64,000 bases of DNA, taken from assembly GCA_051362555.1 (NCBI GenBank), contig CM120649.1, positions 2,728,001 to 2,792,000 on the forward strand, read 5' to 3'. A program made the translations under genes and the position numbers. Positions 22,868 through 35,940 of the stretch are shown here, in pieces. The notes beneath the pieces are model-generated. The model was not told the origin of the DNA, did no database searches, and saw nothing but the letters and a program-made list of their open reading frames with translations. This DNA is from Lingula anatina (Eukaryota > Animalia > Brachiopoda). Every line of letters starts with the position of its first letter. Position 1 is the stretch's first letter.

Positions 22868-24872
22868 TTTTTTATGTACAGACACAGATGTGTCTGTACA
22901 TATAGCCATCATCTGCGTCTGTCGTCGCCGTCGCCATCGCCGTGCACTTTTACCGATAACACGATAAGTGGAAAACCATTTTACCTTTTGACTTGAAACT
23001 TGCAGAACTGATGAATATTCATAATACGCAGGTCAAGTTCGAAAATCAGCATGATCGGGTCACTTTTAGGTAATTTATGCTGTTTTTTCACTATTTTCAG
23101 CATGTATGCAGCACCGATAACACGATAAGTGGAAAACCATTTTACCTTTTGACTTGAAACTTACAGAACTGATGAATATTCATAATACGCAGGTCAAGTT
23201 CGAAAATCAGCATGATCGGGTCACTTTTAGGGAATTTATGCTGTTTTTTCACTTTTTTCAGCATATATGCAGCACCGATAACACGATAAGTGGAAAACCA
23301 TTTTACCTTTTGACTTGAAACTTACAGAACTGATGAATATTCATAATACGCAGGTCAAGTTCGAAAATCAGCATGATCGGGTCACTTTTAGGGAATTTAT
23401 GCTGTTTTTTCACTTTTTTCAGCATATATGCAGCACCGATAACACGATAAGTGGAAAACCATTTTACCTTTTGACTTGAAACTTACAGAACTGATGAATA
23501 TTCATAATACGCAGGTCAAGTTCGAAAATCAACATGATCGGGTCACGTTTAGGTAATTTATACTGTTTTTTCACCATTTTCAATATAAATGCAACACTGA
23601 TAACACAATATAAGAAAAACGGATTGGCCAATTGTAATTATACTCACAGGAGTGGTCAATCTTACTAAAACGCAGGTTGAGTTCGAAAATAAGCATAATC
23701 GGGCCATTACTTAAGAAGTTATACTGTTTTTTCACATTTCCTCAGATTCAATTATTAGGCATGTTAACGGTCTCATTATTTAACTAATAAGATGCCTAAA
23801 AGTGTTTGTTTGATATTTCCTGCATCTTTACAACATTGTTAGTTGATTATGTAAAAAACATGGTAAACTTGTTATCATGTATTGTGTAATAAAGTGTCAA
23901 AAATGGAAATAAACTCATGTCATTGCAGTTTGTCAGATTCAATCATCCACTATGTTCAGAATCTCAGAATGGAGGAAATTGGACATTTAACACTGTTCTA
24001 TTGATACTTTTCCCATCTCATCAATTTTCTTAGTTGGACATATAAAAATGGCAGTAAAATGTTTATTTTGTTTTATGTTAAAAAAGTGTTAAAAATGGAA
24101 ATAAACCCATTTCAAACAGTGCTGTTTACATTTTGGCATTATCAAGGCATGACTTTGAAGTTCCATGGGCCTGAAGACCTTTGCTAGTCACATTTTCTGA
24201 ATATCTGTGATACAAATATTTTATTATTAAAAATTGATGGTCATTAAGCTGTTAAACATTATGTAATATTGCATCAAAATTTGAAGAAACCCCCATTTTG
24301 GGCACTGCTTCCATGATGACCATTTAAGGAAAATCATGTCACTTACTGTTTTCAAACTTACAGGAAAGAAACATGGGACTAAAATACAGCTTCAGTAGGC
24401 AATGCAGTCTGTTTTTTTTTTTTTTTTTTTTTTTTTGGCAGTTAAACAGTTTTTTGTGAAAATTTAATTTTTCACATATTGGCATTTTCAAGGTGTGACT
24501 TTAAAGTTCCATGATCTTGAAGACTTTTGCTTGTCACATTTTCTGAATGTCCATGTTACTATATTTTATTAATAACATTTGATTGTCATTATGCTGTTAA
24601 ACATTATGTAATGTTGCATCAAAATTTGAAGAAACCCCTATTTTGGGCACTGCTCCTATGATGACCATTTAAGGGAAATCATGTCACTTACTGTTCTCAA
24701 ACTTACAGGAAAGAAACATGGGTCTAACATACAACTTCAATAGGCAACGCAGTCTGTTTGGTAAATTTTTCTGGCAATTTAACAGTTTTTTGTGAAAATT
24801 TAATTTTTCACTTATTTGCATCTTTATTTTCTGTTCTTTGTCTGTACATTTGACAGCTTTGCTGCCTTGTTT
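22868..24872 (+). mobile_element. Second HINE/pearl-like non-autonomous element with internal tandem repeats
   Basis: 5' palindrome TATGTACAGACACA-GA-TGTGTCTGTACATA (22873-22902), then a GTC/GCC microsatellite (~22917-22943), 161-bp core repeats and a ~346-bp dimer (24134/24480). 3' subterminal repeat TGTCTGTACAT (24839-24849), short hairpin CAGC-TTT-GCTG, CTTGTTT end, T-run flanks. Confidence 0.72.
22952..23740. repeat. 161-bp tandem repeat, ~5 copies
   Basis: ACCGATAACACGATAAGTGG at 22952, 23113, 23274 and 23435, with a diverged copy at ~23596. Confidence 0.93.
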
Positions 24873-26671
24873 CTTTATTACACTTTTTGGGGGTGAGGGG
24901 GGATAGGGGAACCTCTAAAGCTAAGGAGGTTGATTCCTATTATTTTGATGGATCCATCATCAGAATCATTGCCATTTTAGTTAATTTTATGTAACTGAAC
25001 ATAATTCTCGGTTGAATATATGTTTGAAGTTAACTGTGATTGTTATTTCATAGGTAATGTATGTATTATAAAATTGTGTTACACATGTTTAATAAATGTC
25101 AATAATTTGTCATGGTATTGAAAATTTTTTTAATACTTAAAATTAATTAAAGCCAACAAATTATATTTTGAGCTTGTGTTTCAAAATATTTAATAAAATC
25201 AAATTTGACTGGCCACAGATTTTTTTTTTTTTCAAAAGACAAATCACCATGTTCTGTTCATTTGTATTTAAGATGTATTCCCAGACCCTAAATTAAAAGA
25301 ATACTGCTTTCTTCCCAAAAAAGGCTGAAATTTGAATTGCCTCTTATTTTATTCTTCACAGTAAATTGACTTTGGCTGTGGTAAACATGTTTTGACCTCA
25401 GAAAAGTAGCATTGACCTTGACTGCAAAACAGTTTATTGACCTTAAGGCGATAATTGTTGTGTTATACAACCTACGCCCAGAATGTCAATGTCCGCCAAG
25501 GAATAAATATGAAAAGCTGTAACATCTCTGTCATCTGCTCTATTGTAAGTTGTTTGATTGAAACATTTTCTTCACTCTGATGGATGACATGTTCATGGGT
25601 GAAAGTTGTAAAAAATGAAAACCTAGCATGCAATTTGTCATCGCATTAAGAAATGATCAGAATGGTCAAAATTCCTCATTGCATTTAAAATGATCAAAAT
25701 GAAGACCAAAATTGGTCATAAACATGAAAACTTTCACCCATGCACGTTTCCTTTAAACTGATTGGTCAAAAACCAAGGATAACGTCATATCAGACATTAA
25801 AATCCAAGATATTAGATTTATTCTATGCTATCAAATAATAACAGAAAAAAAAGATAAAAAATAAAAAAAACAACGACAACCCACATGTTGATGTAAAATT
25901 CATTTACTCTGTAGATGGCAAAAAATGGTACACAGTTGATATTGCATGGTCACAGGCTCCGGGACCCAAACCTCTCCTCCCCCACTGTACAGCGTGTACA
26001 ATGTACATATACATTTCCAAATGCCTGTGGGACAACACTTAGAGAGAGAGGTCTACAATTAGCAATATAATATAATAACATCTGGGACTTTAACATCTGA
26101 ACATCATTTGTTATGAGATGTTTTCAAAATGTAAACAACATGAATTATGATATATATATATGTATGTGTGTGTGTATATGTATTTATACATCACTATTTA
26201 TAATTCATCATGCTTATACAGCTGGAAGTCTTCTAGACATTAAGTTAAAAAGGTTCAATATAATATGTATATGATCTACAATACTTGATTAACGGTTAAA
26301 ATGTTTTTGTTTTTTTAATATAATATTTATATAATTTAATGTGTGTATCAGTATGGTAGATATTACACTAGAGTTTGTTTTCATAATGTCAATGTTAAAA
26401 AACATGGAGACACAAATTTCTAAGACACGGCAGAATACGTAGGGTCGACGGAAAAAGAAAGTAACCAAATATGGCTTCCACCTCTCTCACAATGGAGCGG
26501 AACATCTTGACGTTTAACGTTATTGGTAACTGTGACATGACTAAAAGCAATGCATTTTTTAAATGACCACTTTCTTATAAGCATCCTACAAACTACTAGG
26601 CAGCTACACCCTCCAAAACTAATGTATAACAAATATTATAACATCTAACTTTAGTACAACAAATGCGAACT

Positions 26672-26896
26672 AGACCCCATTCCCATTTTAGATCGATCTA
26701 TCCCTGTGGGGAGTCTCACTAGATTACTGTCAGCTTAGCCGGCTTAAGCATCTGTCCCGCCTATTAAAAGCTGTAAGGGGGTAATTAACTATGGTGCGCG
26801 CTCAGCTGACTGCAATTTAGTGTGAACCCCCAGGGAGTTAGGTCGATCTAAATCTTAATCTCTGGATCGATCTAAATGTCTGGGAATGCACCCCTA
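26672..26896. mobile_element. MITE, CCCATTCCCA/GATCGATC family
   Basis: Imperfect terminal inverted repeats GACCCCATTCCCA..AGATCGATC / GATCGATCT..TGGGAATGCACCCC. Related copies at ~45049, ~49251 and ~52466. Confidence 0.65.
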
Positions 26897-27629
26897 GATT
26901 GAGACACTTAACAAGCTTCCTCAGAATTCACATCTACAAGCTGGACTACCATTAAAAACTTCCAGGTTGATGTGTAGAAAAGACCTCGACTCGGTTCAGC
27001 ACTGAGAGGTAGTGAGGAAGGTGCTGCCACCTTTTGGGGGTTTCCAAAACTTGTTTCCATACAGGATATGCCAGCAATTTTTGGTGACATTGTGGTCTAT
27101 ATAATATAAATCCAAAATAAGCAAAAATCATGAAATACCAGATATGTCTCCAAAGCATAACAATTGGATGAAAGTAAGCCATTTTTATATTTTTATCATT
27201 ATTTTTGGTAATTTTACACTTTGGGACTTATTTATCTATAAACTGGAAAATGAGAGTACATAATGATCATGAAATACAATATGTACATCTAATTTAATTC
27301 ATTTACAGTGTTTAAAACAGATCCATGAAATATAAATACTGAAAATGGACAGATCTCCTATGATTTAGCACTATTTTCAGCCACCTGTAGAGTTCTACCA
27401 TATAAAACTGCAATACATTCAAACTCAGTCTGGTTCTGGAAGATATGTATATATACATATTTTTTACTTCATTGTATCTATAACATGGCCTATAAGATGA
27501 AGTTGATATTGTCTTCACAATGGGCATTGACACTTTGCCTGACCAGTAAGAAAAATGGTGGGGAAGGTCAGTTAATGGTTTATTGCCGCATCACGAAAAA
27601 GCAACATAAGCCTCAGACTTTAACACAGT

Positions 27630-27805
27630 TAGCAAATTCAAAACAGTGGACTAACAGCAGCTCAAATATGGCCGACCCACTTGAATGCTTGTTGAATGCA
27701 GGGAATCTATTCACTGTCTCATCGGGAATTAAGCGGCAAGCTTTTAGGAAGGTCACCATATTTGATCTGTGGATCTAGTTAGTCTGCTGTCCTGAATAGG
27801 CTCAG
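27630..27805. mobile_element. MITE, CACATTCAGAAC/AAATATGGC family
   Basis: Inverted arms ATTCAAAACAGTGGACTAAC..AAATATGGCCGACC / GGTCACCATATTTG..GTTAGTCTGCTGTCCTGAAT. Related copies at ~43225, ~60588 and ~62180. Confidence 0.6.
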
Positions 27806-30800
27806 TGACATTCTAAGTGAAAGATTAAACAACATAAAATTCTTATTATGTCTGTCTTTTGAAAAACTTATAATTTTCACAGACTAACTGATGTCCTTAT
27901 GTCTTTGTAAGGCATATAACAGATTGGCTAGGAGACAAAGACAATGCATTAAAATGTTCGAACAGTACAGAAGCCAGCATTTTGTGATCCATGTGAGCTA
28001 GCTTCTTAATTTTCATATTTTCAAATGTGCCTGCTTCTGCTACACCTAAACTTCAGAGACATAGGATTGAAATTGCAATGCCCATTATGAGTTTAAACCT
28101 CAGTTATAATAGCCACATACTTCTTCTGTGGAACCATGAAATCCGCATAACCAAATGCTTGTTTATGATGGGTGCAGTGGCTGCAATCAACAATGAGGGC
28201 AGAGTAAAATAAATGTGCACATAACATAAGAAAAAAAGAACCTCTGTTAACAAGGCTTCAGTTTTCAAAGAAATGTCTGAACAATCTACATGTATGTTTT
28301 GTCTTACGTTGGTGCAGATATGTTTTCCGCCAAACTGTTCAAGACCGATTAAATTGTCAATATTTTACCGTAATTGCCATGACAGCTGTAGGTTGTCATA
28401 ATGGGGGAAGTTAACCTGACCAACATGGAAACATATCTGATGATGTTTGCCAGCGTCTTTGGTTTCAATCCTCCAATTAATATGCACACTTATCAGCCTC
28501 TGGCCTACACAAGCGTTTGATTCAAGTTTACTGTGCCAAACACAAATGTCACATCGCCTCTGGGTAAGTATCAGTTAGACAGGTCTATTTATTATGTCAT
28601 GTGCATTTGACATAGGATAAAAATCTGGATAATTCAATGAGTGATAACAGTGAGATTTGAAAAGAAATATTCATCAGATCTTATGCCAGGGAAGCAGAGA
28701 TCAACAATTTCATTAACATCCACCTTTTCCCAGTTTCATCAAAGAACTGAACAAGTTAGAAGTTGGCCCTAACTTTCAAGTTTGCTCTTATTTTCCAGGG
28801 AACAGCTGCTTACTTCAATATATCAACTTCAGATCTATAACAAAAAAACACTGTTAACTTTTAGGTAAAATTCCCAATATTCTCAGGTAAATAGACTACT
28901 GCCAACTCACCTTGGGTCAAAATATAACCAAAATTTCCATCCTAAAATTGAGACCAACTTTCAACTTGAACATTCTCTGTAAACTGGTCCCATATAACAA
29001 CATCTACCATGTCATGAATTGGTGCCACTTGGAAATAAACATCTTTAGCTAAGGTCAAAGCAACTGAAAAAATATCACCTTTCTTTGTGTTTTTACTAAT
29101 TATCAAGCGAACATACTGTATACAGAGCTCTACACTAATCAAAATTATTTATCAGTGTCCCAATGATGTACATATCCTCCAAAGGTCGTATTAAAATGTC
29201 TAACTCTACTAATGTCACTGACATAAATGGCCATTTAGACTGCACAACACTGTCATTATAAATTGTTTCGTCATAGCAGTGCCACTGTGAAGACTGCCAC
29301 TGTTCCCAACGAATCAAAATGGCGCTATTCATGAAGAACGCTGTCATTGCTATTTACATCATCAATACCATGCATGTATCGCAAAATACATTCTCCAAGA
29401 TGTAATGTCACATTGTTACTTTTAATTGTATTTGAAATGTACACTGTTAATGATATATTTAAATGCACACTGCCAAAATGGATTGTACAGCAACATGCTG
29501 TGTGCTTTGAGAATGCAGATGGCCTGTTTGGGTGCACTAGCAACCATAGCCCTAGTAGGAGTCACTTTCTTGAGCATATTTTCATTTTTTTCAGAATTCA
29601 CGGCCACATGCTGGCACTATTTATAAAGGTACTGTTTAGAAAAGAAGCAATATTATAGCCATCGTTTTTTGGGGGTTTTTTTTGCAGGAAGATTACTTTT
29701 TTCAGAGCTGTGTCATAACACATTGGCAAATATTCATTGATCAGACTTTTTTCAATTTTTCCTTTTGACAATTTTTTTATACTGTTCATCCCAGTAAGAT
29801 CTTATAACTAGTGTGTCCAGAGTAAAATTCTCACTTGTCAGATCAAAAAAAGGACACCTAGTCACAACTATTCCCATATGGAGAGCTAGAGCAGCCATAT
29901 TTTTGTGAGGTGGGATATGGCCCTTTGTGTTTACGGTAATTACTCACTTAATTCGAACAAATCCATATCTTATTTCTAAAAACATTTTGCTGAAAAATGT
30001 TTTGCTTAAAAATGGCACATAAGATGTTCTAGAAACAGCACGGGCCTCATTCCGCAATGTTATTTTTGCTTTACAAAATAAAATAATTAAGACAAATAAT
30101 AATCAAGCTGTTTGAAATTTGTGAGCAATTACCGTAACTTGCAATTGCGTAACTGAAACAACAAAGTGCACTTGACCTCTGACCAGCAGCTGTCTGCACT
30201 TGTCAACCTGTCGGTGTGTCACCTGCAGCCATCTTGTTTGGAGCAGATGTCCAGTTATCTTTCATACCCACCACCCTGGGTGCACAAATCACAGTTTTGG
30301 CACCTTTTGTAAAAGGAGAAGACATCCTTATTGTCATCCTGGCACTTAACGTACAATGAAACAACCAATGAGAGATCAGCACCATAAGAATATTCAGCCA
30401 ATGGTACACCACCATTTCTGCTTCAGTCTTCCATACTTCAGCCTGATTGGCAAAGTTATTTTTAAAAAATTCTGTGACCAAAAGATGTGTATTCCACATT
30501 ATAAATCACATGTTTCTCTCTATTTTGGCAACCCCATGTGATGACTTGCAATCACATGACCATTAACCATGACACAATCATGTGACAGTCATGTGACTGC
30601 ATCTGGGAGATTGTAATCCCTCTAATCGGTTACTCCGAGGCATGCTTATTCCAGGCTTTCTCAGATTGGGGTTTAGTCCTTAACACCTAATGAACCACTT
30701 TGTGTAAAATGTCACATGACAGCCATGTGATGATCAGTCAACAATCATGTGATCTACTTCTTTCCCAATGAGCCATGTGACAGTCACATGATATCCATGT

Positions 30801-30883
30801 GGTCTGCTCCTCCTGAAATGTCATGTACATCGTTGGACATGAACACAAACTTGCAACCCAATGCTTTTACCAGCTACGTCGTA

Positions 30884-32355
30884 CTATGTGAGACCCAGGG
30901 CTGAATTAAATATGCCTAATAGTAGTAGTAGATGTTCTTGTAATGAATGTGAACTAATCCAACAGGTAACAGTGCTGCTGACGAAGAGGAGGAGGAGAAG
31001 GAGGAGCAAGGAAGAAGTTTGTGTGGATGAGGCTGCCCCTCCAGAACACCTCTTAATCTCCTGCTCCGTGATGGCGGTGATGTTGGCCGGGGGGCAGATG
31101 TTGTGGCTATCCTCACAGAGCTGGTAACAGCCGTCCCGGCAGGAGGTGTAGACGTCAGGCGGCTGCTCTATAGAGTTCACTGGAATGGGAAATCTCTCTC
31201 TTAATATCTCTTTATCTCTATCTCTTATAACTAAAAAATAAAAACTGGTGCTCTTGTACTTCCTCAGAACAATGTTAGTTTAAATATTAGAGAGTTTCCG
31301 GTGCAGTTGGGATACGACGGCTAGATTGTTACGTATGTGCTAATGTATCCAGTAACGCGCTTCTCTCTTCGCGTTCCGGTAATGTCCCGGAATGCTGGCG
31401 CTCATTCCAATATAATAATAACAATATACGGCCCCGTAGCCATCTATTTCCAAGGGGGGGATTCTTTTTTATGAAAAAGGAGACAAATATTACCCAAAAG
31501 TGCAACTTTTCCCGACAAAAATGGCGGTTCGTAAGAACCCCACGATCAACCCCCGACTACGTGCCTGATAAACCAAAACTAGCGGCTCCTCTCTGTTAAA
31601 AAGTCGAAATTTGCATGAACGTACACTTGAACTATTGTAAAAAAGTATATAAGTCATATAAATTAGCAAACAAAACCTTTAATAACTATTTTCAATAATC
31701 TTCCGCACTGGCTAGATAGGAGCGCTTGTATTCCGCAGACTAGATGGGATGATGGTATATGAATGCGGTGAACGTCACAAGTGCGCACAAACCGATGACG
31801 TATTAATCTAGCCGCCGTATCTCACCGGCAACGGAAACTCTCTATTGTTTAATGCAGCCGGCACACATTTCACATATATACTGATACTATATATACTAAG
31901 TTACTTACCTGTGCACAAAAACCTCATATGCTGGTGCTCTTGCACTTCCTTGGAACGGGGGAATCTCGATAGTCTGAAGGTTCATCGATCCGAAGTTTCA
32001 TTGGTCCAAAAAATGGTAACATTTTCATTGTTTTTTTAGTCAAGGGTTCATTGGTCAGAAGCTTCTATAGTGAACATCTGAACCAATGAACCTTCAGAAT
32101 ATTGAACCTTCGGACTATTTCTATGGCCCTCCTCAGAACGGAATATATACCACTACTGTACTAAGTTAACCACCTGTGCACTTACTTACCTGTACATAAA
32201 AATGCTGGCTCCCCTGCATATTGGTTTTTACTAACAGGTAGGAAGTATGGACACCTCTCCTCCACGGCTTTACACAGACTTGTACAGGGGTTGAGAAGGC
32301 GGCCATATTGGTAGTATGGGATATACATGGAACACAACCAGGCTTTGTAGGCTTG
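30884..32355 (-). CDS. NALF1: NALCN channel auxiliary factor (NALF/FAM155/NLF-1, Mid1-like cysteine-rich domain), last two exons; upstream exon(s) not found in the window
   Basis: Exon 32355-32190 encodes QAYKAWLCSMYIPYYQYGRLLNPCTSLCKAVEERCPYFLPVSKNQYAGEPAFLCT, matching the FAM155 pattern AYKAWLCS..PC..C..V..RCP..LP..Y.G..F.CT. It joins by a phase-1 splice to exon 31179-30884, which has Cys residues and a hydrophobic C-terminal tail. Confidence 0.85.
31289..31843. mobile_element. MITE with ~45-bp imperfect TIRs and ATT target-site duplication, carrying a small nested insert
   Basis: Ends AGAGAGTTTCCGGTGC..GATACGACGGCTAGATT / AATCTAGCCGCCGTATCTC..CGGAAACTCTCT, with ATT on both flanks (31286-31288, 31844-31846). 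Inner GGCCCCGTAG..CTACGTGCC segment at ~31430-31566. Confidence 0.75.
31957..32120. mobile_element. Short foldback element built from GGTTCATTGGTC / GAACCAATGAACC repeats
   Basis: Inverted arms ATAGTCTGAAGGTTCA / TGAACCTTCGGACTAT. Confidence 0.5.
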
Positions 32356-33386
32356 CTGAAAATATAGAAATATATACACTGAGTAAGGAAACATGATACA
32401 GTATGATGTAGTAAAATGTGATATAGAAAGTATACCATATGTTTTGATGTGACAAAATGTGATAAAAATATATATATATGAAATGATATGTGATAAAGCG
32501 TGACATGAAAATTATTTGAAATGATATGTGATAAAATGTTATCTATGAAAATGGAACAATTTGATGTGATAATATGTGATATGAAAATGACACGTTATAA
32601 TATATGATAAATTGTGAAATAAAAATGATCAGATACCATATAAAAATGTGATATAAAAATGAAATGATGTTAATGCAATGGTACTAATAAACTCCATCGT
32701 AAATCCACATGTAATCGACTGGACTGATGAGCTGAGAATGAAAATAAAAATGAGACTAGTTTCCCCAAAGTCATTTTACCTGACCGTCAGATATAATTTC
32801 AGACATTGATTCTTTTCCAATGCGTAAAAAGTAGGGCAATGAACGTTCCCCCTAAGCTCTCCCTCTTGAATTTCAACTGTTTCTGAACATTTCCAATAAA
32901 GTCCAACAAAATTTCTAAACTGTATGTAATAATTTTTCAGGTTCCTAGAGTAAATTCCCCAAATCTGTAAGATCCCTAATCCTGACATAGAACTTCCAAA
33001 AAAGCTATATTCACTGGAGAAAGAAAAGCATACAAACTGAGTAGGCATGGAGCCGTGCTTAATAAGAAAAAGATGCTAACATTTTCCATCAAGCATATAA
33101 TAAAGAGTTGACAGTGTTGCATATACTCTAGCACTAAGTAGTTACTAAGAGATGACAGGATTCTACTTCCAGTGTGTGAAAAAAAATACAACTGCACCTT
33201 TTCACAGCAATGTTGGTATGATTCAGAACATTTCCAACATGATAATCATCAGTTTAGAAGTAGGAGTTTGAATGCAATGCTTTCATTTTGTAATTGCTTA
33301 CTGTGTTGATTACGTAACACTAGGACTACCTGAGGAACTGAAATCAAGTGCTATTCACAGATCAAATACTAGTACTAGTACCTAGA

Positions 33387-33423
<37 letters not shown>

Positions 33424-35644
33424 CTGCAATAAATTAAATGCCTGCATCGAGCTTGAATTAAAACTTTTGACAAAACCATTCAGAACAGAGCCTAAGAGAT
33501 AACAGGCGTTATATATATAGAGCTCTCTCGTTGAAGAGCAAACAGGAAGAGTCAGTTGTTGTGTGTAGGTCAGCTAGGGTGAACGGAGGTGAGGAGGACT
33601 CAATTTCTGCAGGTAGAACTAAGTGAAATAACATGTATGTTTATCTGGTCGGCATGCCACTAGGCCTATATTACACTCTCAACTTGTACGTTTTCTTCCT
33701 CATCGAGGAATGAGGGGTTATGGATGGCTGAAAGGCATGCGTGGAGATTTCTCTCAGTTTAAATGAAATTGTTTTGTTTGGTTTTACCTATTTTTTTGTT
33801 GATGTATTAATTTATCTATTTTTGTCTGTATTAACCCATCTCAGCACTAGAGATCATTTCAACAGCTAGGCCTCAAATGCACCTGTGATAATATGTTGTG
33901 CACCAGACCTGTTAAATAATTCTAGTGGAGATTTCTCTCAATTTATCTGTAGTTTTCAGATTTGTTGATTTATTGCGATTTGCACACTGTATAAAACTAT
34001 AAAGTCTATAAGTGATTTTCACATTTCAGCTTTTTATTGAACTTGTTACCAACATATATAGCTATCATAAAAATTATTTCAATTATAAAATTCTGTAAAA
34101 AGACATTGTCACATTATAATCATTTGCAATTTGACCATTTTCTCAGATTACACATTTCTTCTCAAAAATCCATTTCCTATAATATTATGCTCATGAACCG
34201 CTTCCATCAAAATTCAAATTCCCTCACTCGACTCTCAGAAATACAGCAAACATCAAGCTGGTATACCAACCTACCAAAAGGTGGCAGCACCTTCTCCAAG
34301 TAGACCTTGAGGTCTTCATGATTAGATTGCATTTGCATTTTCATATTGGTTCATATTTCTACCTCAAAAGCCTCCCATTATGAACTGCAGGCCGAGTGGA
34401 TTTACCTATTTACTGTGGGAAAAGGTTGGAATTTGAGGCAGAGACCTATTTGTCAGGTTTTGTTCTGTAGTTTATAGAGAATATAGAGAAGAGACTGGGC
34501 CACTTCTCCCCTCCTATATCAAAATATATGATATCGTGGAAATAAAATACCCAATGATACCAAATTAATTCTATTGCTTTAAAAAATGAAATGTTATTTA
34601 ATTCAAAGGTCTTTAATATATTGTGTATTTATGTGTGTGTGTGTGTGTGTATGTGTGTGTGTGTGTAAACGTACGTGTATGCATATCCCCCTGTGCCCTG
34701 CTCAGTGTCTGTGTTTGTGTGTGTGTGCATGTGTGTGTGTTTGTGTGTGTGGGAGGAGGGTCTGTGCTTGTTCCTTTGTATGTTTGTTTATTTCACAGTT
34801 AGAAAATATATCCTCAAACAACCTTCGCATGCTGTTGATGCTGTGGTAATTACTCTCTAACTCCAATTACCTTACTCACTGCAATAGATTGTTTTTCTAT
34901 GAGTTAACATCTCTCTCTCTCTCTCTCCCTTCCCCCTCTCTCTCTCTTTCTCTTTCTCTCTCTCTCTTATAGTTGACACTTACAAAAAGACACCTTCTGA
35001 AAAGAACATGGAGAATCACCCTTTTCAAGTGACACCAGCTACACGCAGTTTTTGGGACATACAGATAATAAAATTAGTTCAAAGTGAGTGAATAATCACT
35101 TACTACCCGATTCATCTTACCACTTATCATGCAATTAAGTTTTTTGCTGTTTTTTTTTCTCTTCAATTTCCCACATCATTCTCAAATAAATATAGTCACA
35201 AAATGGCAGCAACCCATATTAAAAAAAAAGACAACATTTCAACGGAAGTGCTTATTTCGTGCATCAAATTATTGACAAAAATGGGGGGGGGGGGGGGGGG
35301 AGGAGGAGGAGGGAGGGAGACCCTCAATGAAAATGAGTAGTGTCTAAGTTGAAGTAGTTGAATCCTTGTTTAAAAAGGATGACGGGACATCTTTCACTTC
35401 AATACAGCATAATTGCCAATGAATGTAGAAATTACCATATTCAAGTGACTCAAAACATAAATGATGTAATCATGCCAGCATTAGATACCGTTTCACACTT
35501 TTTTCATCATCTACGAAAATACTTTTTTTAGGTATTTACAAATTCTGCCATTTTCTTGGGAGCATCCATTAACTAAATCCAGAAATTCGTCTCTATTTGA
35601 TTGCCATCACAATTTACACATATTTACCCCTAAATAACCCATAA

Positions 35645-35940
35645 TTGTCAGTGTGGATATCTGGATATTCATCTTAAAACAACCCACAACTGTCAGTGTG
35701 GATATCTGGATATTCATCTTAAAACAACCCACAACTGTCAGTGTGGATATCTGGATATTCATCTTAAAACAACCCACAACTGTCAGTGTGGATATCTGGA
35801 TATTCATCTTAAAACAACCCACAACTGTCAGTGTGGATATCTGGATATTCATCTTAAAACAACCCACAACTGTCAGTATGGATATCTGGATATTCATCCT
35901 AAAACAACCCACAACTGTCAACATGGATACCTAGATATTT
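35645..35940. repeat. 45-bp minisatellite, ~6.5 copies
   Basis: TGTCAGTGTGGATATCTGGATATTCATCTTAAAACAACCCACAAC repeated almost perfectly. Confidence 0.95.

Noticed and set aside
25800-30500. Possible ~5-kb NALF 3'UTR ending near minus-strand poly(A) signals at ~25.8-25.9 kb
   Set aside because: Poly(A)-like hexamers are common in AT-rich DNA; this cannot be supported without transcript data.
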